From UHGV virus genome UHGV-0033546: 64,000 bases of DNA. One strand, 5' to 3'. Both the position numbers and the translations under genes were made by a program. Below, one piece after another: positions 30,588-39,996 of the stretch (positions within the stretch are counted from its first letter, which is position 1; the number at the start of each line of letters is the position of its first letter). Source of the DNA: a virus. Below the pieces are notes generated by a model, which was not told the origin of the DNA, did no database searches, and worked only from the letters and a program-made list of their open reading frames with translations.

Positions 30588-30819
30588 ATTTAATTAGTAA
30601 TTTACAGACACTTTCATCTAATGTAATTACCGTATCTGTATTACTATGATATGATTGTTTTTCAATTCGTTTAATTGCTAGTATAGTATCACTTATAAGA
30701 TAAAGCTTATGAAGGAGCTCAGCTCCTGTTACCATAACATTAAGATTGTCTTGCTTATTAGTATGCTTCCTTATACCATCTATTAGACGATTTAAATATT
30801 TTGAATTGATGTTAATCAT
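30559..30819 (-). CDS. Hypothetical protein (86 aa)
   Basis: ORF. Confidence 0.5.
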   Translation of the reverse strand: MININSKYLNRLIDGIRKHTNKQDNLNVMVTGAELLHKLYLISDTILAIKRIEKQSYHSNTDTVITLDESVCKLLIKFEEAIRGNN

Positions 30820-30825
30820 ATAGCC

Positions 30826-32145
30826 TCACACATAAAACACATCATAACGACCACGGGTGACACCAACATAAAGAAGTTGTTGAGCTAATTCAGCATCTGC
30901 ATAATGAATACAAGGCGTATAGATGAAAGCACGGTCTACAGACATGCCCTGAGCTTTATGGAATGTCGATGCAGGAAGTGCTTTCACTTTACTAAACTGT
31001 GATTTAGCATCCCAAAAATCACTCCATGGAGCTTTTCCGCCTTTGTTCCAATTTTTATAAGTTTCTGCCGTTTTACCTAAAAATAGGTTAAACTTATACA
31101 GCTCTTCATCAGATGAAATTATTTTAATCTTTTCACGATAATATTCATCATCGCCGTAAGTTTCTACTGTTAAATCCCAATGACGAATTAGATATTCTCC
31201 AGAAACACCACGAGCTTTAACAAAGGTTGATGTATACTCTGCTTCTATAATACGAACTAATTGTCCGTTGTTAAAAATAATTTCTGATACAGGCTTTCCA
31301 TCAATTTTATATGTTTTAATTAATGGTTCCTGCATTACAATAATTTCACCAACGATAAAATCTTTATCAGTTTCAAAAATCTTTTTACGAATGATGCTAT
31401 TTAACTTGTCAACAGATTTATTCGTAAATGCCATTACACGATTTTCAAACAAATCATCTAGTGATTTTACGATTGAAAAATAATTTACCATAAAATCGCG
31501 TAAAGCAGTATCACCAGTAAATCCACGTACTCCATGCCCGTCAACAACTTTATCATAAATCCACTTACCGTTGCGAACATCAGTAGCTACATCAATAATA
31601 GGAGCATTACTGCGTTTAACTTCAGTGAGTTCACACTGATAAAAGTCTTTGTGCGTAAAGAATGGACTGATATAAGCAGTGTTTTCTCCTGGGTCAACGG
31701 GTCTAATTTGCTTATTATCACCTATTCCAATTATAGTACACCACGGCGGGATAGTTGAAAGCAGAATTTTAAATAGCTTTCTATCATACATTGACACTTC
31801 GTCGCAGATTAATACTCTGCATTTAGCTAAATCCGGTACTTCTTTTTGTTCAAAAAGAACGTTTTCTTCATATGTTACCGGGTTAATTTTGAGAATACTG
31901 TGAATAGTACTCGCTTCTTTCCCCGATAGTTTTGAAAGAATCTTTTTAGCCGCATGTGTAGGAGCTGCTAAAATAATACCAGTTTCGCCTGTAGATATTA
32001 AGGCTTCAATGATGAACTTAGTAAGAGTAGTCTTACCAGTACCAGCAGGTCCATTAATAGTTACATGATGTTTCTTTTCTTTAATAGCCCTCATAACGAT
32101 GTTAAAGGCATTTTTCTGGCCTTCTGTCAAATCATCAAATGTCAT
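30826..32145 (-). CDS. dda: Dda DNA helicase (SF1B)
   Basis: 439-aa ORF; Walker A GPAGTGKT; matches T4 Dda. Confidence 0.95.
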   Translation of the reverse strand: MTFDDLTEGQKNAFNIVMRAIKEKKHHVTINGPAGTGKTTLTKFIIEALISTGETGIILAAPTHAAKKILSKLSGKEASTIHSILKINPVTYEENVLFEQKEVPDLAKCRVLICDEVSMYDRKLFKILLSTIPPWCTIIGIGDNKQIRPVDPGENTAYISPFFTHKDFYQCELTEVKRSNAPIIDVATDVRNGKWIYDKVVDGHGVRGFTGDTALRDFMVNYFSIVKSLDDLFENRVMAFTNKSVDKLNSIIRKKIFETDKDFIVGEIIVMQEPLIKTYKIDGKPVSEIIFNNGQLVRIIEAEYTSTFVKARGVSGEYLIRHWDLTVETYGDDEYYREKIKIISSDEELYKFNLFLGKTAETYKNWNKGGKAPWSDFWDAKSQFSKVKALPASTFHKAQGMSVDRAFIYTPCIHYADAELAQQLLYVGVTRGRYDVFYV

Positions 32146-32453
32146 CGTAAATTCCCTGCAATTGGTATACTAACAATACGCCCAGTATCTAAAATTCGCC
32201 GATATAATCTTTGTGTGTCTACATCAGGCTTAACATGTTTAACTTCTATTTTATTAAACCAAAACTTGCGTGGAGTCTCAACTAATCTCGGAATTCCCAT
32301 ACCTAAAGCTAGTCGATACTGATCTTTAAGAGTTGTAAATACTTTATCAGCAATCTCCCTTTCAAAAAATACAGCAGGACGATGTTCATCAAGCGGAACT
32401 GGCACCGCAAATCCATCTTTATCTCTATACACTATCGCATATACATAAACCAT
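32142..32453 (-). CDS. Hypothetical protein (103 aa)
   Basis: ORF. Confidence 0.5.
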   Translation of the reverse strand: MVYVYAIVYRDKDGFAVPVPLDEHRPAVFFEREIADKVFTTLKDQYRLALGMGIPRLVETPRKFWFNKIEVKHVKPDVDTQRLYRRILDTGRIVSIPIAGNLR

Positions 32454-32454
32454 A

Positions 32455-33210
32455 TTATCCTCGGATAAGTTTAAAAATTGAACAATTTAGCGGGTATCCT
32501 CTTTTCAGTTTAAGTTTATCAATGAAAGATAAGTTTTGATACCGCTCTACACCTTGAATAATTTTATCACACATATCATATTGCATTTCTGCTTCTGACA
32601 ACTTTTTCACAGTTTTCCAATCAGAGCCTTTAAGAAGAACGTTCAGTTTAACAATTTCAGCGCCTTCTGCTATGCGAGAACCGTCAATACGTGCTTTAAG
32701 TGTTATAATCCTTAGCTTAATGTCAGAGGTCTGTTTTGATTTAGAAAGCTGAGAAATGTGTTCAATTCGGTTTTCACGTTTTTTCTGTATAGCTTTAATT
32801 TGATTATAAGTCTTTTTGATTTTAGCCCATTTCTTTTCATCTAAATTTAGTTTATGAACTTTTTTCGCAGATGAACGACCAATTCGCAAAGCAAATAAAT
32901 CACGCTTTTCAATCAACTCTTCTAAAGTATAATCAGAACGAAATGTATTATACTTTTTCTTTACTGCAATAACATTCCCTTTAATGTATCCAACGTTATT
33001 ATCAAAACGTTCTAATGATAATTTCTCGCCTTCAATACGATTATCAAAAGGTTCTCCCGAGTAAGCACAAACTTTTTGATTTAAAATGTTCTTAATGTAA
33101 TTGAAGTCTAAGTTAAAATCTTTAGAACGTCTTTTTGCAGATGCCTGAGTATGCTCTAAGCGACGTTTAATTTTACGAATTTGATTATTAGACATATTAT
33201 GCAGTTTCAT
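32455..33210 (-). CDS. Srd-like protein (251 aa)
   Basis: by position between dda and modA as in T4; no diagnostic motif. Confidence 0.45.
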   Translation of the reverse strand: MKLHNMSNNQIRKIKRRLEHTQASAKRRSKDFNLDFNYIKNILNQKVCAYSGEPFDNRIEGEKLSLERFDNNVGYIKGNVIAVKKKYNTFRSDYTLEELIEKRDLFALRIGRSSAKKVHKLNLDEKKWAKIKKTYNQIKAIQKKRENRIEHISQLSKSKQTSDIKLRIITLKARIDGSRIAEGAEIVKLNVLLKGSDWKTVKKLSEAEMQYDMCDKIIQGVERYQNLSFIDKLKLKRGYPLNCSIFKLIRG

Positions 33211-33246
33211 ATTTTTCTCACATCTTACGGACGGTTAACTACTTAT

Positions 33247-33276
33247 ACTATAACATTTTTACCTTAGCTTGTAAAC
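33247..33276 (-). promoter_or_regulatory. T4-type early promoter
   Basis: minus strand GTTTAC-N18-TATAGT. Confidence 0.55.
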
Positions 33277-33288
33277 AACTTTATGTAA

Positions 33289-33316
33289 AAATGCTTTAAA
33301 ACTTTCGTGGTATAAT
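33289..33316 (+). promoter_or_regulatory. Middle-promoter-like element on the plus strand, antisense to modA
   Basis: plus strand AATGCTTTA (perfect MotA box) -N12- TATAAT; no plus-strand ORF downstream. Confidence 0.3.
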
Positions 33317-33333
33317 GAATCTAAGTCCTTCCA

Positions 33334-33936
33334 TTATAGATTAAATCCTTCAAAATCAAGAGTATAGATAGTGTATGTTGAATACTTTTTATACTCATAT
33401 CTATCTGCAATTCTAAATACACTTCCAGCTGGTATCATTACTTCTTGTTCATCTGAAACTAATTCCATATTACGATAGCGATGGCTATCCGGAAACTTAA
33501 AGCTTGGATTGTATTCTTTACAGCGTAGAGCTTTTATAGCATACTCCTGGAAATTAAATACCATAGGAGCTTTGAATTCAAAAATAATTTGTGTATTGTA
33601 TTCTAATCCAGAAGCAAAATGTAGAGCTATATTTTTATCATATGAAGCTGATACTACTTTATCAAATGTAATAATATCAATTCCTTGATTTAACACTTGT
33701 TTAGTCTCGACTGGAACACCTCTCCAAAGAGGTTTATCGTTTGGTTCCAAACGAGATTTGATTATTTCATTTAACCAAGTGTGGTCATCTGGCTTATTAG
33801 TAATACAATGAATTAAAAGTTCAATTTCGGATAAATTAAACCCTTCAGAAAGTAATTCTTCACGAATAGAAGCACGCACCGATGCATCCATTGATTTGAT
33901 TTTAAAATCATTTAATTGCATTGCTGAATATTTCAT
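33334..33936 (-). CDS. modA: ADP-ribosyltransferase ModA
   Basis: 200-aa ORF, T4 ModA length, upstream of srd. Confidence 0.75.
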   Translation of the reverse strand: MKYSAMQLNDFKIKSMDASVRASIREELLSEGFNLSEIELLIHCITNKPDDHTWLNEIIKSRLEPNDKPLWRGVPVETKQVLNQGIDIITFDKVVSASYDKNIALHFASGLEYNTQIIFEFKAPMVFNFQEYAIKALRCKEYNPSFKFPDSHRYRNMELVSDEQEVMIPAGSVFRIADRYEYKKYSTYTIYTLDFEGFNL

Positions 33937-34568
33937 TCAACTACCTCAATATCATAAACTCTAAATGTTCCAAATGAATCGTGTAATTTTTCTTTTGAAA
34001 TAGAAGTTATTTTATACTTTCCAATTGGAACCATCCATTCTTGTTCATGTACAATCATCATTAAGTTATCAGTACGTTCTGAATCTAATCCATCAGTATC
34101 TTCATATGTATACTTGAACTCAGTATTTGGAGAAGAAAGTATAATATCGCTGATATGGTCAGAGTAATTAAAAGCTTTATCAGTTTTTAAGCGAAATATT
34201 ATTTCAGTGAAATATTCAGCATAAGAAAAAGAGCATGCTGTATGCAAACTAGTAGTAAATGAATCTACTCTATTCGTTGAAAACACTTCTCCAACTTGCA
34301 AATCTTTAATGAGTTCTTTTGTCGATTTTGATATACCACGATATAGCTGATAAGGTGATTTAGTTAAATGCTTTTTAACGATTTTATTCAACTGCCGATG
34401 AAGAGCTTCATTCTTTTTGGCTTCCATACATTGCCAAAGAATTGACTGTTCAAAGTCAGTAAATTTTTCACAGACCTTTTTATACATATCATATTGAAAA
34501 TCGACGCTTTCAGCTTTTATAGATAACTGTTCAACATCTGCAGGATTAATAATCATGATAGCCTCCAT
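33933..34568 (-). CDS. modB: ADP-ribosyltransferase ModB
   Basis: 211-aa ORF paired with modA. Confidence 0.7.
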   Translation of the reverse strand: MEAIMIINPADVEQLSIKAESVDFQYDMYKKVCEKFTDFEQSILWQCMEAKKNEALHRQLNKIVKKHLTKSPYQLYRGISKSTKELIKDLQVGEVFSTNRVDSFTTSLHTACSFSYAEYFTEIIFRLKTDKAFNYSDHISDIILSSPNTEFKYTYEDTDGLDSERTDNLMMIVHEQEWMVPIGKYKITSISKEKLHDSFGTFRVYDIEVVE

Positions 34569-34582
34569 ATACTTCAGAAGCT

Positions 34583-34612
34583 ATCATATCATCGTTAGGA
34601 AGGAAAGTAAAC
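34583..34612 (-). promoter_or_regulatory. T4-type early promoter for modB-modA
   Basis: minus strand GTTTAC-N18-TATGAT. Confidence 0.55.
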
Positions 34613-34623
34613 AACTTTTTGAA

Positions 34624-34806
34624 TTATTTTGCCCAGGGAGCCCAGGGCGGAGGGTCAAGATGGTATGAAGCTAGTTCTTCTAGAAGAGCATCTGGGGCTT
34701 CAATTCCATAATTCTGTAATACTATACGGTACTCTTTCTTATAATCACTAGAATCATTCTGGATATTCGTAGAATGATTATCTTCTAACATCTCAAATAA
34801 ATCCAT
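34624..34806 (-). CDS. Hypothetical protein (60 aa)
   Basis: ORF. Confidence 0.45.
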   Translation of the reverse strand: MDLFEMLEDNHSTNIQNDSSDYKKEYRIVLQNYGIEAPDALLEELASYHLDPPPWAPWAK

Positions 34807-34814
34807 ATTAATTC

Positions 34815-35285
34815 CTAGCGATAAAAACCAAAATGACGATTAGCTTCAACAATCTTTCTTTCTTCTTCGGACATTCTCCAACGTAGTCCAACATCAAAAT
34901 GAGCCCAGACCATCTTAACAAATGCATTTATATCTTTAATATCTTCAATAATGAATGTTTTACTTTTAGAAGGCTGACTCACTAATTTAACTTTATCATC
35001 TTCAAACAAGTCAAAAAGACCGTATTCATGAGCTCTTTTATATCCTTTAATAGTTAAAGCTTCGGAAGAAGAAAACGGTGAATCCGTATTATGCAAAATA
35101 TCTTCAGTATGCTTTATAATTAGAATAACATTTTCTGGATATTTTCTTTCTTTTATATCTTTAATTAAAATATCCGGATTTTCTGCTAAAGGAATAATTA
35201 ATGAGCAATTTTTATCGAGCGTATTTACTGATTTACCTTCTTTAGACATAAATTCTATTGAATAGTGTTTTGCTACTTCAATCAT
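34815..35285 (-). CDS. Hypothetical protein (156 aa)
   Basis: ORF. Confidence 0.5.
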   Translation of the reverse strand: MIEVAKHYSIEFMSKEGKSVNTLDKNCSLIIPLAENPDILIKDIKERKYPENVILIIKHTEDILHNTDSPFSSSEALTIKGYKRAHEYGLFDLFEDDKVKLVSQPSKSKTFIIEDIKDINAFVKMVWAHFDVGLRWRMSEEERKIVEANRHFGFYR

Positions 35286-35442
35286 GTGATTTCCTCTTGC
35301 CTACTAATGGACCATCAGGAATTTTGTTTTCCTGGATATACTTCTCATTTTCTTCCATCATTTTACTACCGATTTTAAGAAGCAAATCTAACGCTTCATT
35401 TGCCTTAGCCTTAGCCTCTTCTAACGTCATATTCTTGTTCAT
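35278..35442 (-). CDS. Hypothetical protein (54 aa)
   Basis: ATGA overlap with upstream stop; below ORF-track cutoff. Confidence 0.35.
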   Translation of the reverse strand: MNKNMTLEEAKAKANEALDLLLKIGSKMMEENEKYIQENKIPDGPLVGKRKSHD

Positions 35443-35642
35443 GATTTATCCCCATAGATGTCTCTCATCAATTTAAGTGCTGAGCGCTCTAATTTCTTTT
35501 CTTTCTCAGCGCTAATCATTGATTTCATCCATTCTTCTGATTCGTTCTGCATTTCTTTATTTGCTTGTTCAACCCAATCATCATCAATATACATTGAGTT
35601 TGGTCTATTGAACCATTCAAGCATTTTCTTCAGAACTTTCAT
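35439..35642 (-). CDS. Hypothetical protein (67 aa)
   Basis: ORF. Confidence 0.45.
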   Translation of the reverse strand: MKVLKKMLEWFNRPNSMYIDDDWVEQANKEMQNESEEWMKSMISAEKEKKLERSALKLMRDIYGDKS

Positions 35643-36114
35643 TTGTTTTACCTAAAACGATAGTATGGACACCGTCAAATTCATGAATTTTTAGCAATTT
35701 TGGATTTAAATTATTCCATAAAGAGGTAATAAAATATGATAGCGCATTTTCTTCTGTAATTATAAATTTATTTCCTTTATCTATTTTCCAGTCATATATT
35801 GAATCATATGAATATAACGGCAATGGTTTATTGTTATAATATGATTCAGCAACATCAATATAGTTAGATTTAGTAAATGCTTGAATTGACATAAATGGAG
35901 AATTTCGTACAGTTTCAATAATTCCGATCTTTTTAAGTTTTATTTCAACATCTTCTGGAACTGGCATTGAAATAAAATCTTCTACTAGATACATGCTATT
36001 ATCATATCTTTTATCAATCATTACTGCTACTGTAATTGGAATATCTTTAGCAAACGCCATGCTATCACTACTAATATACATTTCAAACAAAATCGCTTCC
36101 ATAATTTTCCTCAA
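35617..36114 (-). CDS. Hypothetical protein (165 aa)
   Basis: ORF. Confidence 0.5.
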   Translation of the reverse strand: MRKIMEAILFEMYISSDSMAFAKDIPITVAVMIDKRYDNSMYLVEDFISMPVPEDVEIKLKKIGIIETVRNSPFMSIQAFTKSNYIDVAESYYNNKPLPLYSYDSIYDWKIDKGNKFIITEENALSYFITSLWNNLNPKLLKIHEFDGVHTIVLGKTNESSEENA

Positions 36115-36449
36115 TCACAAGATGTAGATGAACAACTAGAATCACAAGAACTTCCACACGAATCGCCCGTCCATACATGAACAGGAACATTAGTGTCATA
36201 TGAATCAGAACTAGACTGTGTATTCTGCGTATTAGATGATGTAGGTGTTGACCAGCGCCAAGGATTTTTATAATATTCTTGGGCTTCTTCATAAGTCATA
36301 GTAACTGCTTCTACTGTTCCATCTCCCATATAAACATATTCAACTACAGTTAAAGGAAGGTAGTCATTTGAAATAGGAACTACACCTTCTCCGGGAGTTG
36401 TAGAGAAAAAATCCGTAAAGAAACTTTTAAACCAATTAAAGATAAACAT
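36111..36449 (-). CDS. Hypothetical protein with Cys/Ser-rich C-terminal tail (112 aa)
   Basis: C-terminus ...[18 protein letters not shown]. Confidence 0.5.
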   Translation of the reverse strand: MFIFNWFKSFFTDFFSTTPGEGVVPISNDYLPLTVVEYVYMGDGTVEAVTMTYEEAQEYYKNPWRWSTPTSSNTQNTQSSSDSYDTNVPVHVWTGDSCGSSCDSSCSSTSCD

Positions 36450-36655
36450 TACAAAAAGCCTCTCTTGAATTCAACTTGCTTCTCGCCATAATCATGTCGA
36501 ATCTCTGCATTAAATTCGACAGAACCATCTGCATACATCATAAATGAATGCACAACAACTTCTGTAGACCATGGCTGTAGTTCATATTTTTTCATTACAT
36601 GCCGTGAAATGATAATATCTAAATCTTCATTTGGTTTAATCCAACGATTTAACAT
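36449..36655 (-). CDS. Hypothetical protein (68 aa)
   Basis: ORF downstream of promoter. Confidence 0.45.
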   Translation of the reverse strand: MLNRWIKPNEDLDIIISRHVMKKYELQPWSTEVVVHSFMMYADGSVEFNAEIRHDYGEKQVEFKRGFL

Positions 36656-36681
36656 AGTGCTCTCCTCTATAAGATAATTCT

Positions 36682-36711
36682 ATTATACCATACTCATTTT
36701 GGAAAGTAAAC
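36682..36711 (-). promoter_or_regulatory. T4-type early promoter
   Basis: minus strand GTTTAC-N18-TATAAT. Confidence 0.6.
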
Positions 36712-36721
36712 CGGTAAAATG

Positions 36722-36749
36722 AAAAAAAGGACTCCCGAGGGAGTCCTTA
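36722..36749 (-). terminator. Intrinsic terminator after soc
   Basis: minus strand AAGGACTCCC-TC-GGGAGTCCTT followed by TTTTTTTC. Confidence 0.75.
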
Positions 36750-36753
36750 AATT

Positions 36754-36990
36754 TTAACCACCTATTTCTGTAGGTGTAAACATTGCAGCATTTTTAGTTT
36801 TCCAAGTTGCTGCATCAGAAACTACGGTAGAATATGCTGCCTTTTCAGAAGGAAAGGTCTGATAATGAGAATCTGCAATACGGTGTTCATTTGAATATAC
36901 ATCAAATGCTACAGAAACTTCCATACCTTTAACTTCTTTGCCTTCACCTGCCGGATGAGTAAAGGTCTTGATGTTAACGAAACCACCCAT
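36754..36990 (-). CDS. soc: Small outer capsid protein Soc
   Basis: 78 aa; motifs VNIKTF and HYQTFPSEKAAYSTV match T4 Soc from memory. Confidence 0.8.
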   Translation of the reverse strand: MGGFVNIKTFTHPAGEGKEVKGMEVSVAFDVYSNEHRIADSHYQTFPSEKAAYSTVVSDAATWKTKNAAMFTPTEIGG

Positions 36991-37021
36991 AATAAACTCC
37001 TTTATTGTTTAATTACAGGTG

Positions 37022-37029
37022 TATTTATA
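37022..37029 (-). promoter_or_regulatory. T4 late promoter for soc
   Basis: minus strand TATAAATA about 30 nt upstream of the soc ATG. Confidence 0.65.
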
Positions 37030-37032
37030 TCA

Positions 37033-37551
37033 TTAATAACCTCTGTCTTGACGTGCGAAATTTTCTGCATTTTTCAGATAATAAAGTTTAAAGATTTCTT
37101 CAGCAGTAAGACCAAGACCTTGAAACATATTCAGAACGAAATGAAGAATATCAATCATTTCAAATTTAATTTCCAACTGGTCTTGCGGAGACAAATCAGT
37201 AATCAGAGTTTCACGGCGTTCACCATGTTGCGACTTCCAAGGTTTCCATACAGCAGATGCATCTTTTTCGCCATTGCTCATACCACCAAGAGAAGTCAGA
37301 AGTTCACGGAATTCATCATCAATATAGTCTTTCTGATTACGTAGCCAATCAACAACTTCACCGGCAGTAGCCAAATCATCAGGATGACGGTTATATTCAG
37401 GTTTATCTTTAGCTAAACGAACCTGTAAAGATTTCTGCATATCAAGCATAACCTGCAGCGGGTCTTTTTCATCACCGAGAATATCCCAGTATTCATTTTG
37501 AGCTTTATCAGCGCCTTCGATCAGTTGTGAACATTCGTTAAAGTATGCCAT
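37033..37551 (-). CDS. 56: dCTPase/dUTPase gp56 (MazG-like)
   Basis: ORF-track 203 aa trimmed to start MAYFNECSQLIEG (172 aa); matches T4 gp56 from memory. Confidence 0.9.
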   Translation of the reverse strand: MAYFNECSQLIEGADKAQNEYWDILGDEKDPLQVMLDMQKSLQVRLAKDKPEYNRHPDDLATAGEVVDWLRNQKDYIDDEFRELLTSLGGMSNGEKDASAVWKPWKSQHGERRETLITDLSPQDQLEIKFEMIDILHFVLNMFQGLGLTAEEIFKLYYLKNAENFARQDRGY

Positions 37552-37622
37552 TATTTTTCCTTTCAATTCATGGGTTAGTAGATTAATTATACAATAAATA
37601 TATAAAGCAATAAGGAGGACAT

Positions 37623-37823
37623 ATGGTACAAAAATTAATGGCACTTGTCAATGCCATAAAAGGTAATAAAAAGCGTATAGCTTTTACTATTTCTGCTATG
37701 GTAGGAATTTTACTCTGGAACTTTATTTTATCGCCAATTGCTATTGCTCATGGCGTCAATATTCCAGTAGTTACTCTTGATACATTCGTAGATTTAGCAT
37801 TTGCTTTAGTTGGGCTAATTTAA
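37623..37823 (+). CDS. Plus-strand small membrane protein (66 aa) between 56 and 61
   Basis: AAGGAGG RBS 7 nt before ATG; hydrophobic; opposite orientation to all neighbours. Confidence 0.5.
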   Translation: MVQKLMALVNAIKGNKKRIAFTISAMVGILLWNFILSPIAIAHGVNIPVVTLDTFVDLAFALVGLI

Positions 37824-38848
37824 ATTTTGGCATATTTAGATAGCCGCATTTTAGCCATTAACCCCTGGGCAATATTATTTTTCATATATTCCATAATTTG
37901 TTCAGGGGTTGCACCTTCCTTTCTAATCATATCATTAACATCTTTTGATTTCCAGGGAGATTTATCCCAGAACATAACCCTTTCTCCTGCATTGACTAAT
38001 TTAGTCATTCGCTTAATAGTGTCAGGATGACGAGGTTCATTATCTAAGACCCACACACGTCTATCTTTAAATGGAACAATTTCTAGGTCTAATTGACCAC
38101 CCGTAATAGCTATACCATTTTCAATAAAAAGTGAATCTATAGGTCCTTCTAGAACATATACATCACCATCTTTAACTCGTTCGACTCCATATATTTTTGT
38201 TGCCTCAGGATAAGCTTTAATGGTGATATATTTTTGAGGAGCATCTTTCTTTAATGCACGTCCTTGAAAAGACTCAGCTTTTCCATTAGCATTATAAATT
38301 GGAATAACAAGACGAGGCTCAGAAATTTCCTTTTTGTATGTTCCTGGTGCTATACTATTAACCAATTTTGGCCATTCAGTTGTAAACCAAAGATATTTCC
38401 ATTTATCCTTTGGAATACAACGAGCTTTTACGTATTTTATAATTGGATGGTCTTCCGCCAGTTTATCTAATCTAACACATGACGGAAGAGATTTAATTAT
38501 TTTCTTCTCAGGCTGTTTAGGAAGTTCTTTAGGTTTTTCTACTGGACGACTTTTACCTTTTTCTTTTCTTATTTCAAAGATATACTCGCGATATAAATCA
38601 GGTTCAAACTCCTTTAAATATATTCCGATTGGTGCATGATAGTTACAGTTATAACAATGAATATTTCCTTCATTATTATCGCCATAATACCATCCACGGG
38701 CTTTATTTTGATCGGTTTTTGAATCTCCACAAACAGGGCATCTAAACCGCAATTTAAAAGTTGAACTATTATTTACTTGTGTGAATTTAGGTAAATGAGC
38801 CAATGCACGGTATGCAAACTCATTATCAATCCAAGGTATTGATGACAT
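37820..38848 (-). CDS. 61: DNA primase gp61
   Basis: 342 aa; zinc ribbon CPVCGD...HCYNC plus TOPRIM; T4 gp61 length. Confidence 0.95.
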   Translation of the reverse strand: MSSIPWIDNEFAYRALAHLPKFTQVNNSSTFKLRFRCPVCGDSKTDQNKARGWYYGDNNEGNIHCYNCNYHAPIGIYLKEFEPDLYREYIFEIRKEKGKSRPVEKPKELPKQPEKKIIKSLPSCVRLDKLAEDHPIIKYVKARCIPKDKWKYLWFTTEWPKLVNSIAPGTYKKEISEPRLVIPIYNANGKAESFQGRALKKDAPQKYITIKAYPEATKIYGVERVKDGDVYVLEGPIDSLFIENGIAITGGQLDLEIVPFKDRRVWVLDNEPRHPDTIKRMTKLVNAGERVMFWDKSPWKSKDVNDMIRKEGATPEQIMEYMKNNIAQGLMAKMRLSKYAKI

Positions 38849-38850
38849 TT

Positions 38851-39015
38851 TTACTCTTCTTTTTCTTTAGATTCCTCTTTTTTCTTTTTAGGAATCTGTT
38901 CAGGACCTTTATTTACTACAGCACCTGACGTTGTTCCAGTAGAGATATTTTCAGGATTACCACCTGAATCTCCAGCTACCATATCTTCTTTAATAAATTC
39001 TTTATATGTTTTCAT
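38851..39015 (-). CDS. Hypothetical protein 61.1-like (54 aa)
   Basis: lysine/glutamate-rich C-terminus; below ORF-track cutoff. Confidence 0.4.
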   Translation of the reverse strand: MKTYKEFIKEDMVAGDSGGNPENISTGTTSGAVVNKGPEQIPKKKKEESKEKEE

Positions 39016-39016
39016 A

Positions 39017-39373
39017 TTAACCTCTATTCATAAAAGCATTAAAAATTTGGTCATCAATCGATGGAATAGCAACTTTTTCTGCATCATTTAGCAAATCATT
39101 AATTTCATCAGATAGCATAACACATGTACCTTTATTTCCTGTAATTGTTACTGCACAATTACGAACGTTTTCTTTATCAAATTTTAGGTTAATATTTTCG
39201 TAGTGAAAATCCTTTAATGCCGAATATATTTTTAAAATGAAATTGTCTTTTACTACAATAAACCCAACCTCGCTATTAAAACGTGGTTCATGGAAGCTGT
39301 AATAAATCTTTTCATCTATGAAATCGTATGAAATTTTTTCCAATTTTAAATATGAAAATTCAGAACTATACAT
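39017..39373 (-). CDS. Hypothetical protein 61.2-like (118 aa)
   Basis: ORF. Confidence 0.5.
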   Translation of the reverse strand: MYSSEFSYLKLEKISYDFIDEKIYYSFHEPRFNSEVGFIVVKDNFILKIYSALKDFHYENINLKFDKENVRNCAVTITGNKGTCVMLSDEINDLLNDAEKVAIPSIDDQIFNAFMNRG

Positions 39374-39385
39374 ACTAACCTCTAA

Positions 39386-39679
39386 TTATTCACCTACCAC
39401 TTCAGCGATGATATTTTTATTATTAAAGTTTTTATCGCAATACAGAACATAATTATATTGCATTACACCACCAGATTTAAGCTGTTTTTGCACTTCAGCT
39501 TTCATTTCAGGACGATCACGCTCAACGATATTCATAATATCTGCTTCAATTTGAGTTTCAACTTCAGTCTGATCCGCAGTCATAGACCATTCGCACAAAT
39601 CTTTATCATAACCTGCCATGGCAGGCTGAGCAGCACAAGAAGATAAAGCAAAAATTGCAGCAAAGATAAATTTTTTCAT
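39386..39679 (-). CDS. sp: Spackle-like periplasmic protein
   Basis: 97 aa with N-terminal signal peptide MKKFIFAAIFALSSCAAQPAMAG; size and position match T4 sp (61.3). Confidence 0.65.
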   Translation of the reverse strand: MKKFIFAAIFALSSCAAQPAMAGYDKDLCEWSMTADQTEVETQIEADIMNIVERDRPEMKAEVQKQLKSGGVMQYNYVLYCDKNFNNKNIIAEVVGE

Positions 39680-39737
39680 GATAATCTCCTCAGTAGTTTA
39701 TGTTTATAGTATCTCAATTTCCTGCAAAAGTAAACAG

Positions 39738-39995
39738 TTATTTTAAAACTTCTGCATAATCACATGTTACAAACTGTTTCTCTAACTTGACGATTTTACG
39801 AAAGTATCTTTTGCATTGGCGAATCTGTCGCTTCGTAGGGCGCACAGCAAACTTAATAAATTCCGCTCGACCAAATGGAGGGCTTTCTTCTGCCGGAATA
39901 TCTAATACTAATTCCCACGTATCTGCAATAAGTGCTTTGAATTGTGTATTTTTCCTGACGTTATACGGAGTAGGTTTAAATAAAACAATATGCAT
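39738..39995 (-). CDS. Hypothetical protein 61.4-like (85 aa)
   Basis: start moved to MHIVLF with GAGGA RBS so it no longer overlaps dmd. Confidence 0.45.
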   Translation of the reverse strand: MHIVLFKPTPYNVRKNTQFKALIADTWELVLDIPAEESPPFGRAEFIKFAVRPTKRQIRQCKRYFRKIVKLEKQFVTCDYAEVLK

Positions 39996-39996
39996 A

